Source: an uncultured delta proteobacterium
GTDB lineage: Bacteria; Myxococcota; Myxococcia; Myxococcales; Myxococcaceae
Assembly: GCA_963771175.1 (NCBI GenBank)
Contig: CAVYSY010000011.1
Coordinates: 128,001-192,000, forward strand
DNA length: 64,000 nucleotides
Direction: 5' to 3'
Shown: in pieces, positions 21,694 to 32,402 of the stretch
Position numbering within the stretch: the first letter of the stretch is position 1
How the letters are laid out: every line of letters begins with the position of its first letter
Translations under genes and position numbers: made by a program
Notes under the pieces: model-generated
Seen by the model: the letters and a program-made list of their open reading frames with translations, nothing else
Told to the model about the DNA's origin: nothing
Databases searched by the model: none

Positions 21694-23504
21694 CCGTTGA
21701 TCTGATACTTCCGGGCGATCTCCGTCACCTCGCGGGTGACGGCCTGGAGCGTCTCGGTGGCCTGGAGCGTGGTGTCCAGCCGCTTCAGCGTCTCGTCCAT
21801 TCCGGACGAGATGTGGGCGATGGCGTTGAAGATGTGCGAGATGCCCGCGTTCTGCTGGTTCACCGCGGAGGCGATCTGCCGCACGGCCGCGGCGTTCTCC
21901 TGGATGATGAGCGACATCTCGCGCAGGTTGTTGCCCGAGGACTTCACCATCTCCAGGCCTCCCTCGACCTGTTTGGCTCCCTCCTCGCTCATGGAGACCA
22001 CGTCCCGGATGGCGGTGCCGATGTCCAGCAGGCTCTTGCGGATGAGGGCGTTCTCCCGGATGGTCTGGTCGGCCAGCTTGCGAATCTCACTGGCGACCAC
22101 GGCGAAGCCCGCGCCCTGGTCTCCGGCGCGCGCGGCCTCGATGGAGGCATTGAGCGCCAGCAGGTGGGACTGGTCGGCCAGGTCCTTCACCGTGACGGCG
22201 ATGCTGGCGATCTTCGTGGCGCTCTCCTGCAGCCGCAGCACCTTGCCGCGGATGCCGTTCACGAACTCGCGGATGGTGTTCAGCCCGGAGAGGGTCTGTT
22301 CGATGGCCTCTTCGCCGTAATGGCCGAGCTTCTCGGCGTGGCCGGCCACGCTCAGCACGCTCTCGGCCTTGTGGGACGCCAGCTCGGAGGTGGTGCGGAT
22401 CTCCTCAGAGGTGAGGTGGGCCTCCTGGAGCATGGCGGCCTGCTCGGTGAGGCTCTGGCGCTGCTGGTTGCTCGCGGAGCCGAGCGCCGTGCCCGCGGAG
22501 AGCAGCAGCCGGGAGGAGGCATGCAGGCGGGTGGGAATCTCCTGGAGCCGCTCCAGGACCGTGACCATGCCCGCGGCGAGGTCCCCAATCTCGTCGGTGG
22601 AGGCCCAGCGGGGAGGGAAGGGGGTGCCGTTGGCCAGCGCCTCGATGGCCTCCTGGAGCGCCGCCGTGGCCCGCACCTGTCGGCGTGCCAGCATCCAGGC
22701 GGAGATCGAGGGGACGAGGAGGATGAAGGCCCCCAGCGCCAACAAGGGGGGTCCCAGCGTCGAGAGCAGGGTGTCGCTGAAGCCCTGGAGCTTCGCGGTG
22801 AGCAGCTCGGCCTGGGCGGGGGTGAGGGTCGGGTCCGTGAGGATGGCCTTCACCTGCGAGTCGCGCACGTCGAGCGTCTGGATGAAGATGACCAGCCCCG
22901 TGAGCAGCAGGGTGCTCGCCAGGGAGGCGCCGAACGCGTAGGGCAGGTACCAGCGCTGCCTGGGCCAGAAGACTCCGTGGCCGCTGGCGCGCACGCGCAG
23001 GCGGTTGCGCTCCTCGAGCACGTAGGGCATCAGCAACTGCTCGAGCTTGATGCCCACGGGGATGGACAGCACCAGCCCGAAGGTGGCGGCGACGAGGAGA
23101 CCGAATCCCGCCATCAGGGGGTTCTTGTCGAACCAGAGCACCTGGGGGATGGCGAGGAGGACTCCGCCCGCGAGGGAGGTGACCTGGGTTCCCATGAAGG
23201 CGAGCTTCCAGGGCAGCATCTGCAGGCGGATGAGGCGCTCTCGTGGGGGCTCGTTGGGAACGGCGCGGAAGCCGCGTCGGAGCATCGTGGACAGGCCCAT
23301 CCAGGGCAGGAGGACGCCCGCCACCACGAAAGCGGGAGGCACCAGGAGGAGGAGGGGCCCGATGATGTCCTGTGCCGACAACCCGAGCGACAACCCGAGG
23401 AGGTAGGCCGCGATGGGCGTGGAGGGGGCGATCCACGACATCACGGTGAGGAGGGTCCGTCGGAGGAGCTGAGAGGGGACGGTCTGCGGGGGGGAGCCGT
23501 TCAT
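21690..23504 (-). CDS. Orphan methyl-accepting chemotaxis protein with about 6 TM helices
   Basis: DEIGDL HAMP; LADQSHLLALNASIEAARAGDQGAGFAVVASEIRKLA signalling tip. Confidence 0.92.
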   Translation of the reverse strand: MNGSPPQTVPSQLLRRTLLTVMSWIAPSTPIAAYLLGLSLGLSAQDIIGPLLLLVPPAFVVAGVLLPWMGLSTMLRRGFRAVPNEPPRERLIRLQMLPWKLAFMGTQVTSLAGGVLLAIPQVLWFDKNPLMAGFGLLVAATFGLVLSIPVGIKLEQLLMPYVLEERNRLRVRASGHGVFWPRQRWYLPYAFGASLASTLLLTGLVIFIQTLDVRDSQVKAILTDPTLTPAQAELLTAKLQGFSDTLLSTLGPPLLALGAFILLVPSISAWMLARRQVRATAALQEAIEALANGTPFPPRWASTDEIGDLAAGMVTVLERLQEIPTRLHASSRLLLSAGTALGSASNQQRQSLTEQAAMLQEAHLTSEEIRTTSELASHKAESVLSVAGHAEKLGHYGEEAIEQTLSGLNTIREFVNGIRGKVLRLQESATKIASIAVTVKDLADQSHLLALNASIEAARAGDQGAGFAVVASEIRKLADQTIRENALIRKSLLDIGTAIRDVVSMSEEGAKQVEGGLEMVKSSGNNLREMSLIIQENAAAVRQIASAVNQQNAGISHIFNAIAHISSGMDETLKRLDTTLQATETLQAVTREVTEIARKYQING

Positions 23505-23638
23505 GAGGCGTGGCCATTCTCCCAGAGGGAGGGGTGGCGGGGGGAACCACGGGGGGGGACAAGCGCGGCGCCTGCCTGGGTACTCGTCTGGCGAACAGAT
23601 GGTAGCGCGGCTCGGCCTCGAAGTGTGGGGCGCGAGCG

Positions 23639-24403
23639 CTAGGGAGGCACCGTTCCCAGCAGCTCCCGGAAGAGAACCTCCGCCACGTCCCGGAAGAGCT
23701 CCCCCGAGGCCAGGAGCCCACCGCAGTGGTGCGGCTCCCTCGCCAGTGTGAGTGCCACGCACTTTCCGAGTACCTCGTCCCAGAAGGATTCCGAGTCGGG
23801 TGGGAGGAGGTACTCCCGGATGATGTTTCGGGGCCAGGGCAGCACCGTCGTCGGATCCGCGTCGCTCAGGCTGGTGAAACAGTCCAGGTCCACGTCCAGC
23901 AGCACCCGCTCGGCCGCCTCCAGCACCTCGCGCACCGCGTCACCGGGCGCGGGCGAGCGGAAGGCCACCGCCGCCCGGTCCACCGTGGGCACCACCACCA
24001 GCCGGTGCGAGCGTCCCCGCGTGTCCACGTACACGTCCCCCGCGAACGTGCCCCGGGGCCGCCCCCGGGCGAGCACCAGCGCATCTCCCACGAGCCCCGC
24101 CTCCATCGCCGCCAGCACGTGGTCGTAGTTGCGCACGTCCAGCGCCCACCGCGCGTGCTCGTCCAGGGCCCTCAGCCCCGCCGAGCGGTCCGGCACCGCC
24201 TCGGGCGCCGCCGGCACCACCAGGTCCAGGTGCCGGTCCAGCGTCACCAGCAGCGCCGCCGGCCCGTCCTCCAGCGCGCAGGCCCATGCGGGCAGCGCCA
24301 GCCGGTGCGGGTCGAACACGTACGCGTCCGTGGGGCCCCGACCGCCGCCGAGCGACAGCCGGATGACGCCCGCGAGGCGGAGATGTCTCTGCGAATCATC
24401 CAT
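23639..24403 (-). CDS. UPF0489-like protein (arginase/deacetylase-like metal motifs)
   Basis: FDPHRLALPAW, LDRHLDL, LLDVDLDCF, TLAREPHHCGG. Confidence 0.65.
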   Translation of the reverse strand: MDDSQRHLRLAGVIRLSLGGGRGPTDAYVFDPHRLALPAWACALEDGPAALLVTLDRHLDLVVPAAPEAVPDRSAGLRALDEHARWALDVRNYDHVLAAMEAGLVGDALVLARGRPRGTFAGDVYVDTRGRSHRLVVVPTVDRAAVAFRSPAPGDAVREVLEAAERVLLDVDLDCFTSLSDADPTTVLPWPRNIIREYLLPPDSESFWDEVLGKCVALTLAREPHHCGGLLASGELFRDVAEVLFRELLGTVPP

Positions 24404-24522
24404 CACCGGGAATATCCGTTCCCGCGCCGCACTTTGCGGGCCGCGCGCCGTCAGGAGTGTAGGCTGCGCGCGGCTCCTACCCAAGAAGGAGGCATCGCCC
24501 GTTTCACGGGCGCCCGTCCCGC

Positions 24523-26744
24523 ATGCGCATCCTGCTCGCCGCGCTCCTCGTCCTCGTGAGCGCCTCCGTCCTCGCCCAGCCGCAGCAGACCCCAGCCAAG
24601 ACCATGAACGCCTCGCAAGACGCCTTCCTGCGGGACTACGCGGAGACGCGCCGCTTCATGAGCGGACGTCCCGTCAGCCCCCGCACTCACCCCCGACGAG
24701 AAGACCGTCCTCTTCCTGCGCGGCCAGCCCCGCGCCCCCATCCAGACCCTCTTCGCCTTCGACGTGGCCACTGGTGAGACGAAGGAGGTCCTCACCCCCG
24801 AGGCCATCCTCAAGGGCACCGAGGAGACGCTCTCTCCCGAGGAGAAGGCCCGCCGCGAGCGCATGCGCGTGAGCGCCCGGGGCTTCACCAGCTACCAACT
24901 CTCCGAGGACGGCTCGCGCATCCTCGTGCCGCTCTCCGGCAAGCTCTACATCGTCGAGCGCGCCACCGGGAAGTCCACCGAGCTGAAGACGGGCGCGGGC
25001 GTCATCGACCCGCGCTTCTCCCCCGACGGCCAGCAGGTGGCCTACGTCCGGGACAACGACGTGTTCCGCATCGAGCTGGCCTCCAACAAGGAGCGCCGTG
25101 TCACCAGCGGCGGCTACGGAGGCGAAGACCCACGGCCTGGCCGAGTTCGTCGCGCAGGAGGAGATGAGCCGCTTCTCCGGCTGGTGGTGGAGCCCGGACG
25201 CGAAGTCCATCGCCTACACCGAGTCGGACACCTCGGGGGTGGAGAAGCTCTCCATCATCGACGTGATGCACCCCGAGCGCGGCGCCGAGGACTCCTCCTA
25301 CCCGCGTCCGGGCAAGGCCAACGCGAAGGTGCGCCTGGGCATCACTCCCGTCACCGGCGGGAAGACGGTCTGGGCGCAGTGGGACGCGGAGCAGTACCCG
25401 TACCTCGCCACCGTGGTGTGGCCGAAGAAGGGCCCCCTCACCGTGCTGGTGCAGAACCGCACGCAGACGGAGGAGAAGCTGCTCGCGGTGGACGTGGCCA
25501 CCGGCAAGACGCGCGAGCTGCTCACCGAGAAGGATGACGCCTGGCTGGAGCTGGAGCAGACCTTCCCCCTGTGGCTGGAGGATGGCGGCGGCTTCCTCTG
25601 GTACACCGAGCGCAATGGCGGCCCCGAGGTGGAGCTGCGCAACGCGGACGGCAGCCTCGCGCGCTCGCTGGTGAAGCCGGACGCGGGCTTCCGCAACCTC
25701 GCCCGCTACGTGGAGAAGGACCACACCGTCTACTTCGTGGGCGGCCCCATCCCCTCCGAGAGCTACCTGTGGCGCGTGAAGGACGGCGGGGCCCCGGAGC
25801 TGGTGCGCCCTGGCACCACCGGCCCGGCCGAGGAGGCGGGCACCGTCTCCAAGTCCGGCGGGCTGTTCGTCATCACCCACTCGAGCCCCACCTCCATGCC
25901 GCGCACCTACGTGGTGCGCGCGGACGGCACCCGCGTGGGCGAGCTGCCCTCGGTGGCGGTGGAGCCCTCCTTCACCCCCGTGGTGGAGTTCCGCGAGGTG
26001 GGCCCGCTGAAGTTCCAGTCCTCGCTGGTGCGCCCGCGCAACGCGAAGCCCGGCCAGAAGCTGCCCCTCGTCGTCGAGGTGTACGCCGGCCCCACCGTCA
26101 CCGTCGTCCACAAGAGCATGGCCCCCCACCTCCTCTCGCAGTGGATGGCGGACCAGGGCTTCCTCATCGTCCGCTTCGACGGCCGAGGCACCCCGCTGCG
26201 CGGCTCGAAGTGGCAGCGCGAGGTGCACCTGGACTTCTCCGGCGTGACGATTGAAGACCAGGCCGCCGCCGTCCAGGCGCTCGCCGCCGTGGTGCCCGAG
26301 GTGGACCTGCAGCGCGTGGGCATCGAGGGCTGGAGCTTCGGTGGCTACGCCTCCGCGCTCGCCGTCCTCAAGCGCCCGGACGTCTTCAAGGCCGCCGTGG
26401 CCGGCGCCCCGGTGGTGGACTGGCTCGACTACGACACCCACTACACCGAGCGCTACCTCGGCCTGCCCCAGCAGCACCCCGAGGCCTACGAGAAGAGCTC
26501 GCTGCTCACCTACGCCCAGGACACCGGCAAGCCGCTGCCTCCGCTGCTCCTCATCCACGGCACCGCGGACGACAACGTCTACTTCTTCCACACGCTCAAG
26601 CTGTCCGACGCGCTCTTCCGCGCCGGCAAGCACCATGAGTTGCTGCCCCTCAGCGGCCTCACCCACATGGTGCCGGATCCGCTCGTCACCCAGCGCCAGT
26701 ACGAGTGGGTGATGAACCACTTCAAGCGCAACCTGGCGAAGTAG
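24523..26744 (+). CDS. S9B dipeptidyl peptidase IV family protein; frameshifts near 24690 and 25115
   Basis: Signal peptide; AEFVAQEEM, WWSPD, YPRPG, GWSFGG nucleophile, YDTHYTERY, IHGTADDNV, catalytic His in GLTHM. Confidence 0.92.
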
Positions 26745-26764
26745 CGGCAGGCGCCCGCAAAGAG

Positions 26765-26801
26765 AAAGGCCCGGCTCCCTCTGGGGAGACCGGGCCTTTT
26801 T
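26765..26801. terminator. Likely bidirectional intrinsic terminator between dpp and csp
   Basis: AAAGGCCCGG-CTCCC-tctg-GGGAG-a-CCGGGCCTTTTT hairpin flanked by A and T tracts. Confidence 0.75.
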
Positions 26802-26836
26802 CCGAGGCCACTATCCGTGAGGAGTGGCTCGGGACT

Positions 26837-27040
26837 TCAGGCGGCGCGAACGTTCTGCGCCTGCAGGCCCTTGGGGCCGCGGGCGACCTCGAACTCCACC
26901 TTCTGTCCCTCGGCGAGGGTCCGGAACCCATCCATGTTGATGGCGGTGTGGTGGCAGAACACGTCCTCGCCACCGCCGTCCTGCACGATGAATCCAAAGC
27001 CCTTCGCGTCGTTGAACCACTTCACGGTACCAGTCGCCAT
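26837..27040 (-). CDS. Cold-shock protein (CspA family)
   Basis: [37 protein letters not shown]. Confidence 0.97.
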   Translation of the reverse strand: MATGTVKWFNDAKGFGFIVQDGGGEDVFCHHTAINMDGFRTLAEGQKVEFEVARGPKGLQAQNVRAA

Positions 27041-27185
27041 TGTGCTTCCTCGTCAAAAGCTGGCTTGTGGCCAGCTGATCTCCCGTCCCCCGACTGCCGG
27101 GTGACACGAGGAAGGGTAAGCGGGCAGCCGAGCGCCTGTCTAGCCGGCTGCCCTGTTTTTCCTGGGTGGTCCGTTTAACCGGTTT

Positions 27186-28396
27186 TCAAATTTCCAACAG
27201 GAGCCGAGTGGGGTCCTCGATGCAGTCCTTGATGCGAATGAGGAACTGCACCGCCTCGCGACCGTCGATGAGCCGGTGGTCGTAGGAGAGGGCGAGGTAC
27301 ATGATGGGGCGGATGACGACCTGGCCGTTGCGGGCCACGGGGCGCTCCACGATGTTGTGCATCCCCAGGATGCCCGTCTGCGGCGGGTTGAGGATGGGGG
27401 TGGAGAGCATCGAGCCGAAGATGCCGCCGTTGGTGATGGTGAAGGTGCCGCCCTGCAGCTCGGCGAGCGTGAGCTTGTCGTTGCGAGCGCGCACGCCGTA
27501 GTCGCCGATCTTCTTCTCCATGTCGGCCAGGGACAGGCGTGTCCGCGTCGCGGACGACGGGCACCACGAGGCCGCGCGAGCCGCTCACCGCCACGCCGAT
27601 GTCGTAGTAGTGCTTGAAGACGACGTCGTCGCCGTCGATCTCCGCGTTGACCTGGGGGAAGGCCTTGAGGGCCTCGACGGCCGCGCGCACGAAGAAGCTC
27701 ATGAAGCCGAGCTTGACGCCGTGCTTGGCCTGGAACTTCTCGTTGTACTGCTTGCGCAGGTCCATCACCGCGCCCATGTCCACCTCGTTGAAGGTGGTGA
27801 GGATGGCGGCGGTGGACTGGGCCTGGAGCGAGGCGCTCGGCGACGCGGCGGCGCAGCGGCGTCATCTTCACGCGCTCCTCGCGGTCGGCGCGCGGGCGCG
27901 GGCCGGAGGGAGCGGGGGCCGGAGCCGGAGCGCGCTGGGCGGGAGCCTCGGCCGGGCGGTTGAGCTGACCGAGCACGTCCTCCTTGGTGATGCGGCCGCC
28001 GGTGCCGGAGCCCTTGAGCTGGCCCACGTCCACCTTGTTCTCCTCGGCGATCTTCCGGGCGGTGGGCGTGATGCGCGCATCGGTCGCGGCGGACGCCGCG
28101 GCGACGGGGGCGGGAGCAGCGGCGGGAGCGGGAGTGGCCGTCGGAGCAGAGGCAGCGGCCCCGGCCTCGATGGTGCCCAGCACGTCGCCCACGCGCACCT
28201 TGTCGCCCTCCTGGAAGGCGATGGTGAGCAGGGCACCGCCGGCGGGAGAGGGCACGTCGACGGTGACCTTGTCGGTCTCGAGGACGACGAGCGGCTCGTC
28301 CGCGGTGACGGCGTCACCCTTCTTCTTGTTCCACTTTCCGACGACGGCTTCAGTGATGGACTCGCCCAGGGGCGGGACTTTCAGTTCAACGGCCAT
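27186..28396 (-). CDS. sucB: 2-oxoglutarate dehydrogenase E2 dihydrolipoyllysine succinyltransferase; frameshifts near 27835 and 27535
   Basis: Lipoyl motif LETDKVT, E3-binding [40 protein letters not shown] across three ORF fragments. Confidence 0.95.
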
Positions 28397-31277
28397 TCTT
28401 GGTTCCTCGGAGGATGGCTTCCTCGACGATGAGCTGCTGCTCCAGGTTGTGCGTCTGGTAGAAGCCGGTAGCGGGGCTCGCGGCTTCCGCGCGCCCGATG
28501 TAGCCCACCTTCAGCGGGTTCTGGCCTCGGGCCGCGGCCAGGTCATGCAGGCGGGGGTACATGAAGTGCCAGGCGCCCGAGTTGCGAGGCTCCTCCTGGA
28601 CCCAGAGGAGCTCGGTGAGCTTCGGCATCTTCGCGACGAGGCCTGCCAGCTCGTCGACGGGGAAGGGGTAGAGCTGCTCCACGCGCACGATGGCGATGGA
28701 GTTGTCCTTGCGCTCGTCCCGGGCCTTGACCAGGTCGTAGTAGACCTTGCCGGTGCACAGCAGCAGGCGCGTCACGCCGGCCGGGTCCACCTTGTCGAGG
28801 ATGACCTCCTGGAAGGTGCCGGTGGCGAGCTCCTCCAGCTTGCTCGTCGCCTCGGGGCGGCGCAGCAGGCTCTTGGGCGACATGATGACGAGCGGCTTGC
28901 GCAGCGGGCGCAGCACCTGGCGACGCAGCAGGTGGAAGATCTGCGCGGGCGTGGTGGGGTAGACCACCTGGATGTTGTCCTCGGCGCACAGGTCGAGGAA
29001 GCGCTCCAGGCGGGCGCTGGAGTGCTCCGGACCCTGGCCCTCGTAGCCGTGCGGCAGGAGCAGCGTGATGCCGCTGAGCCGCCGCCACTTGGTCTCCGCC
29101 GCGGCGATGAACTGGTCGATGATGATTTGAGCGCCGTTGGCGAAGTCGCCGAACTGGGCCTCCCAGATGACGAGCCCGTCCGGCACGTCGAGGCTGTAGC
29201 CGTACTCGAAGCCCAGCACGCCCATCTCGGACAGGGGGCTGTTGATGACGTCGAAGCGAGCCCGGCCGGTGGAGAACTGGTTCAGCGGCGTGAACTTCTC
29301 ATTCGTCTTCACGTCGTGCAGCACGGCGTGGCGGTGGCTGAAGGTGCCGCGCTCGCAGTCCTGGCCGCTCAGGCGGATGGCGTAGCCCTCGGAGAGCAGC
29401 GTGGCGTAGGCCAGCGACTCGCCCTCGCTCCACTGCAGCTCCTCCGTCTGCAGCATGCCCTGGCGCTTCTTGAGCACCGTGCGCTCCACGTCGCGGTGGA
29501 CGTTGAAGCCCTCGGGCACCTCGGCCAGCCGCTTCAGGGCGCCGCGCAGCGTCTCCTTGTCCACCGCGGTGGACACCTGCGGCGCGCCCTTGTGCTGCCC
29601 GCCCTTGTAGGGCTTCCACAGGCCCTCCAGCGCGCTCGGCTCCTTGAACTGGCTCTCCGCGCGGGCGCGGGTGAGCGCCGCGTCGAACTCCTGCAGGCAG
29701 CGCTGCTTGAGGGCCTCGGACTCCTCCGCGGGGATGCGGCCCTTCTCCGCGAGCTGCTGCGCGTAGAGCGTCCGCACCGTCGGGTGCTTGCGGATGATGT
29801 CGTACATCTGTGGCTGCGTGAACGAGGGGTCATCGCCCTCGTTGTGGCCGTAGCGGCGGTAGCAGACGAGGTCGATGACCACGTCGCTCTTGAAGGTCTG
29901 CCGGTACTCGGCCACCAGGCGCGCCACGTGGATGCACGCCTCCGGATCATCCCCGTTCACGTGGAAGATGGGGACGTCCAGCATCTGCGCCAGCGCCGTG
30001 GAGTAGATGGAGCTGCGCGACTCCTCGGGGTCGGTGGTGAAGCCCACCTGGTTGTTGATGACCAGGTGCATCGTGCCGCCCGTCTCGTAGCCCTTGAGGC
30101 GCGCCATGTTGAGCGTCTCGGCCACCACGCCCTGGCCGATGAAGGCCGCGTCGCCGTGGATGAGCACCGGCATCACCTTGGTGCGCCCGGTGTCACCGCT
30201 GCGGTCCTGCTTGGCGCGAACGCGCCCCTCCACCACCGGGTCCACCGCCTCCAGGTGGCTGGGGTTGAAGGCCAGCGACAGGTGGATGTTCTGCCCGCCG
30301 CGCGTGGCGTGGTCCGAGCTGAAGCCCATGTGGTACTTCACGTCGCCGCGGCCCATGTGCTGCTTGGGGTCCTGCGGGCCCTCGAACTCGCTGAAGATCT
30401 GATCCGGCTTCTTGCCCAGGATGTTCGTCAGCACGTTGAGGCGGCCGCGGTGGGCCATGCCGATGACGACCTCCTTGAGGCCCATGTCACCGCCCACCTC
30501 GAGCACGGTGTCCATCATGGGCACCAGAGCCTCGCCGCCATCGAGCGCGAAGCGCTTGGCGCCGACGAACTTGGTGTGCAGGAAGTTCTCGAAGCCCTCG
30601 GCGTAGGACAGCTTGGTGAGGATGTGGCGCTGCTCGTCCACCGAGAAGTCCGTGCGGTTCTCGGTGTACTCCATGCGCCGCATCAGCCAGCGCCGCCGCT
30701 CGCTGTCGAGCATGTACATGAACTCGACGCCGATGGAGCCGGTGTACGTGCGGCGCAGCCGGACCATCAGCTCCTTGAGCTTCACCCGGGCCTCGGGGAA
30801 GACGCCGGCGCTCTCCACCATCTGCTCCTGCTCGGTGGAGGAGAAGTGCGCGTCGTCCACCAGGCCGATGTCCGCCATGTGCTCCAGCGGCGGGCGCGGG
30901 CGGCCCAGTGGATCCAGCTTCGCGCGCAGGTGGCCGCGCAGGCGGAAGGCCGAGATGGCCTGGTCCACCCGGGCCTGCAGCTTCATGTCCTGCTCGAAGG
31001 CCACCGTGGGCGCCGTCTGCGGGGCCAGCGCCACCGCGCCGCCGCTGCTCTCGGCCTTGGGGGCCTTGCCGCCCTTGCCCTCCTTGCCGGGTAGGACCGG
31101 CGCGGGTGGCTCGATGAGGGTCTTGTTGTAGATGGGTCGGCCGGCGCCGTCGTTGCGGTCGAACACCTCGCGCCAGCTCGGGTCCACGCTGGTCGGATCC
31201 TCGAGGTAGCGCGCGTAGAGCCCCTCGATGAAGTCGATGTTTCCGCCGGAGAGGTACGAGTCCTGGAAATTCGCCAT
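28386..31277 (-). CDS. sucA: 2-oxoglutarate dehydrogenase E1 component
   Basis: GMAHRGRLNVL, GDVKYHMG, NPSHLEAV, IHGDAAF, YRRYGHNE, WEAQFGDFANGAQ, EHSSARLERFL. Confidence 0.97.
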   Translation of the reverse strand: MANFQDSYLSGGNIDFIEGLYARYLEDPTSVDPSWREVFDRNDGAGRPIYNKTLIEPPAPVLPGKEGKGGKAPKAESSGGAVALAPQTAPTVAFEQDMKLQARVDQAISAFRLRGHLRAKLDPLGRPRPPLEHMADIGLVDDAHFSSTEQEQMVESAGVFPEARVKLKELMVRLRRTYTGSIGVEFMYMLDSERRRWLMRRMEYTENRTDFSVDEQRHILTKLSYAEGFENFLHTKFVGAKRFALDGGEALVPMMDTVLEVGGDMGLKEVVIGMAHRGRLNVLTNILGKKPDQIFSEFEGPQDPKQHMGRGDVKYHMGFSSDHATRGGQNIHLSLAFNPSHLEAVDPVVEGRVRAKQDRSGDTGRTKVMPVLIHGDAAFIGQGVVAETLNMARLKGYETGGTMHLVINNQVGFTTDPEESRSSIYSTALAQMLDVPIFHVNGDDPEACIHVARLVAEYRQTFKSDVVIDLVCYRRYGHNEGDDPSFTQPQMYDIIRKHPTVRTLYAQQLAEKGRIPAEESEALKQRCLQEFDAALTRARAESQFKEPSALEGLWKPYKGGQHKGAPQVSTAVDKETLRGALKRLAEVPEGFNVHRDVERTVLKKRQGMLQTEELQWSEGESLAYATLLSEGYAIRLSGQDCERGTFSHRHAVLHDVKTNEKFTPLNQFSTGRARFDVINSPLSEMGVLGFEYGYSLDVPDGLVIWEAQFGDFANGAQIIIDQFIAAAETKWRRLSGITLLLPHGYEGQGPEHSSARLERFLDLCAEDNIQVVYPTTPAQIFHLLRRQVLRPLRKPLVIMSPKSLLRRPEATSKLEELATGTFQEVILDKVDPAGVTRLLLCTGKVYYDLVKARDERKDNSIAIVRVEQLYPFPVDELAGLVAKMPKLTELLWVQEEPRNSGAWHFMYPRLHDLAAARGQNPLKVGYIGRAEAASPATGFYQTHNLEQQLIVEEAILRGTKNGR

Positions 31278-31767
31278 GGCGTGCTGTCTTTTACTGGAAG
31301 GCCGCCCCGTTGGGGGGTTTTCGGCGTAATTTGTTGAAAGGGGAGCCCTGGCTCCCAGTCTTTCGCCGCCGGGGTGAGCAGCAGGATTCATGCGCCATGT
31401 GAGCGCGCCTTCATCCCCTGTTTTTTCCGGGCCTCCGCACGAGCCAGGGCTCCTGCTTCCCCGTTGCAGGCAGGGCCCGTCGTCAGCGGGCCGCTGATGT
31501 AGTTAACGCGTTGCTCCCAAGGAGAAAAGGAGGCTCTTGGGACGCTGCCCCGCCCAGCGTGCGGGCATGCCGACCCTCGGAACGTCCCCGCCCTTCCAAT
31601 CGACTGGAAGTGATGTGGGGGGAGGTGCGGTGCTTCTGGTTGACGAGAAGTGGAGTCCCCTGGCCCGTCTGGCGGCGCGTCACCCGGTGACGGAGGGTGT
31701 CTACCTGCCCCGAGCGGGGAGTGGGCCCTGCGTGCGGCGGCCTTCCACCCCACCCACGTGGAGGCGG

Positions 31768-32163
31768 TCATGATGTGACCGGGCGGGGCGGGTCTCCTTT
31801 CTTGGGCGCGGTGTCGAACACCTTCGCCAGGTGCTCCAGCACGCGGAGCTTTCCCGGCGGCAGTCCGTGCAGGTTCGCCAGGAGGCGCCGCAACTCCGGA
31901 GACTCCTCCGGGGGAGCCTGGGGAGGGGGTACTTCCAGCGGGCCGAGGCCGAGGAGCGCGGTCGCGGAGACGTTCAGGACGGCGCACAGCTCCTGCAGCT
32001 TGTTGACGCTGGGCAACCCGCTGCCGCGTTCGAGTCGCCCGTACACCGCTGGGACGAGCCCCACGGCCTGGGCGACCTGCGCCTGGGTGAGTCCCTGGTG
32101 CTGCCGGGCCACACGAAGTCGTTTGCCCAGGCAGGGTTGCAGCTCTTCATTCATGCGGAGCAC
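31768..32163 (-). CDS. XRE-family HTH transcriptional regulator
   Basis: LGKRLRVARQHQGLTQAQVAQAVGL..YGRLERG..LPSV. Confidence 0.85.
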   Translation of the reverse strand: MLRMNEELQPCLGKRLRVARQHQGLTQAQVAQAVGLVPAVYGRLERGSGLPSVNKLQELCAVLNVSATALLGLGPLEVPPPQAPPEESPELRRLLANLHGLPPGKLRVLEHLAKVFDTAPKKGDPPRPVTS

Positions 32164-32402
32164 CCAAGAAAGAGGAGAGCGCCGGCCTGGATGGACGATG
32201 CTTTCCCTCTGCGTACTCTACCTCGCCGGACACCCGAGCGTCAGCGACCTACGGCGTTTCCTCGGAGGCTCGGTGGGTGCTCTCGGGGGCGGCCCCTCCG
32301 CTCCTCCTGCGCGACCGGCTATCTTCCGTGCTGCCCCTGACCTCCGGGAGTGGTAAACCGCCCGGACTTCCACTCTTCATTCCTACCCGGAAAGGCCTTC
32401 GC

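Noticed and set aside
20472..23642. 1056-aa plus-strand ORF, and similar long ORFs such as 27984..31094, 18087..20144 and 36336..38246
   Set aside because: Shadow ORFs typical of high-GC DNA: Arg/Gly/Ala-rich, no motifs, overlapping well-supported genes. Only the last 122 codons of 18087..20144 are a real gene.
27186..28396. sucB (and clpA, trpC) as pseudogenes or programmed frameshifts
   Set aside because: Housekeeping genes with intact motifs; indels are scattered window-wide and I saw no slippery-site pattern, so sequencing error is more likely.
31768..32163. Prophage or mobile element marked by the XRE regulator
   Set aside because: No integrase, transposase or phage genes recognised in the window; lone XRE genes are common in myxobacteria.
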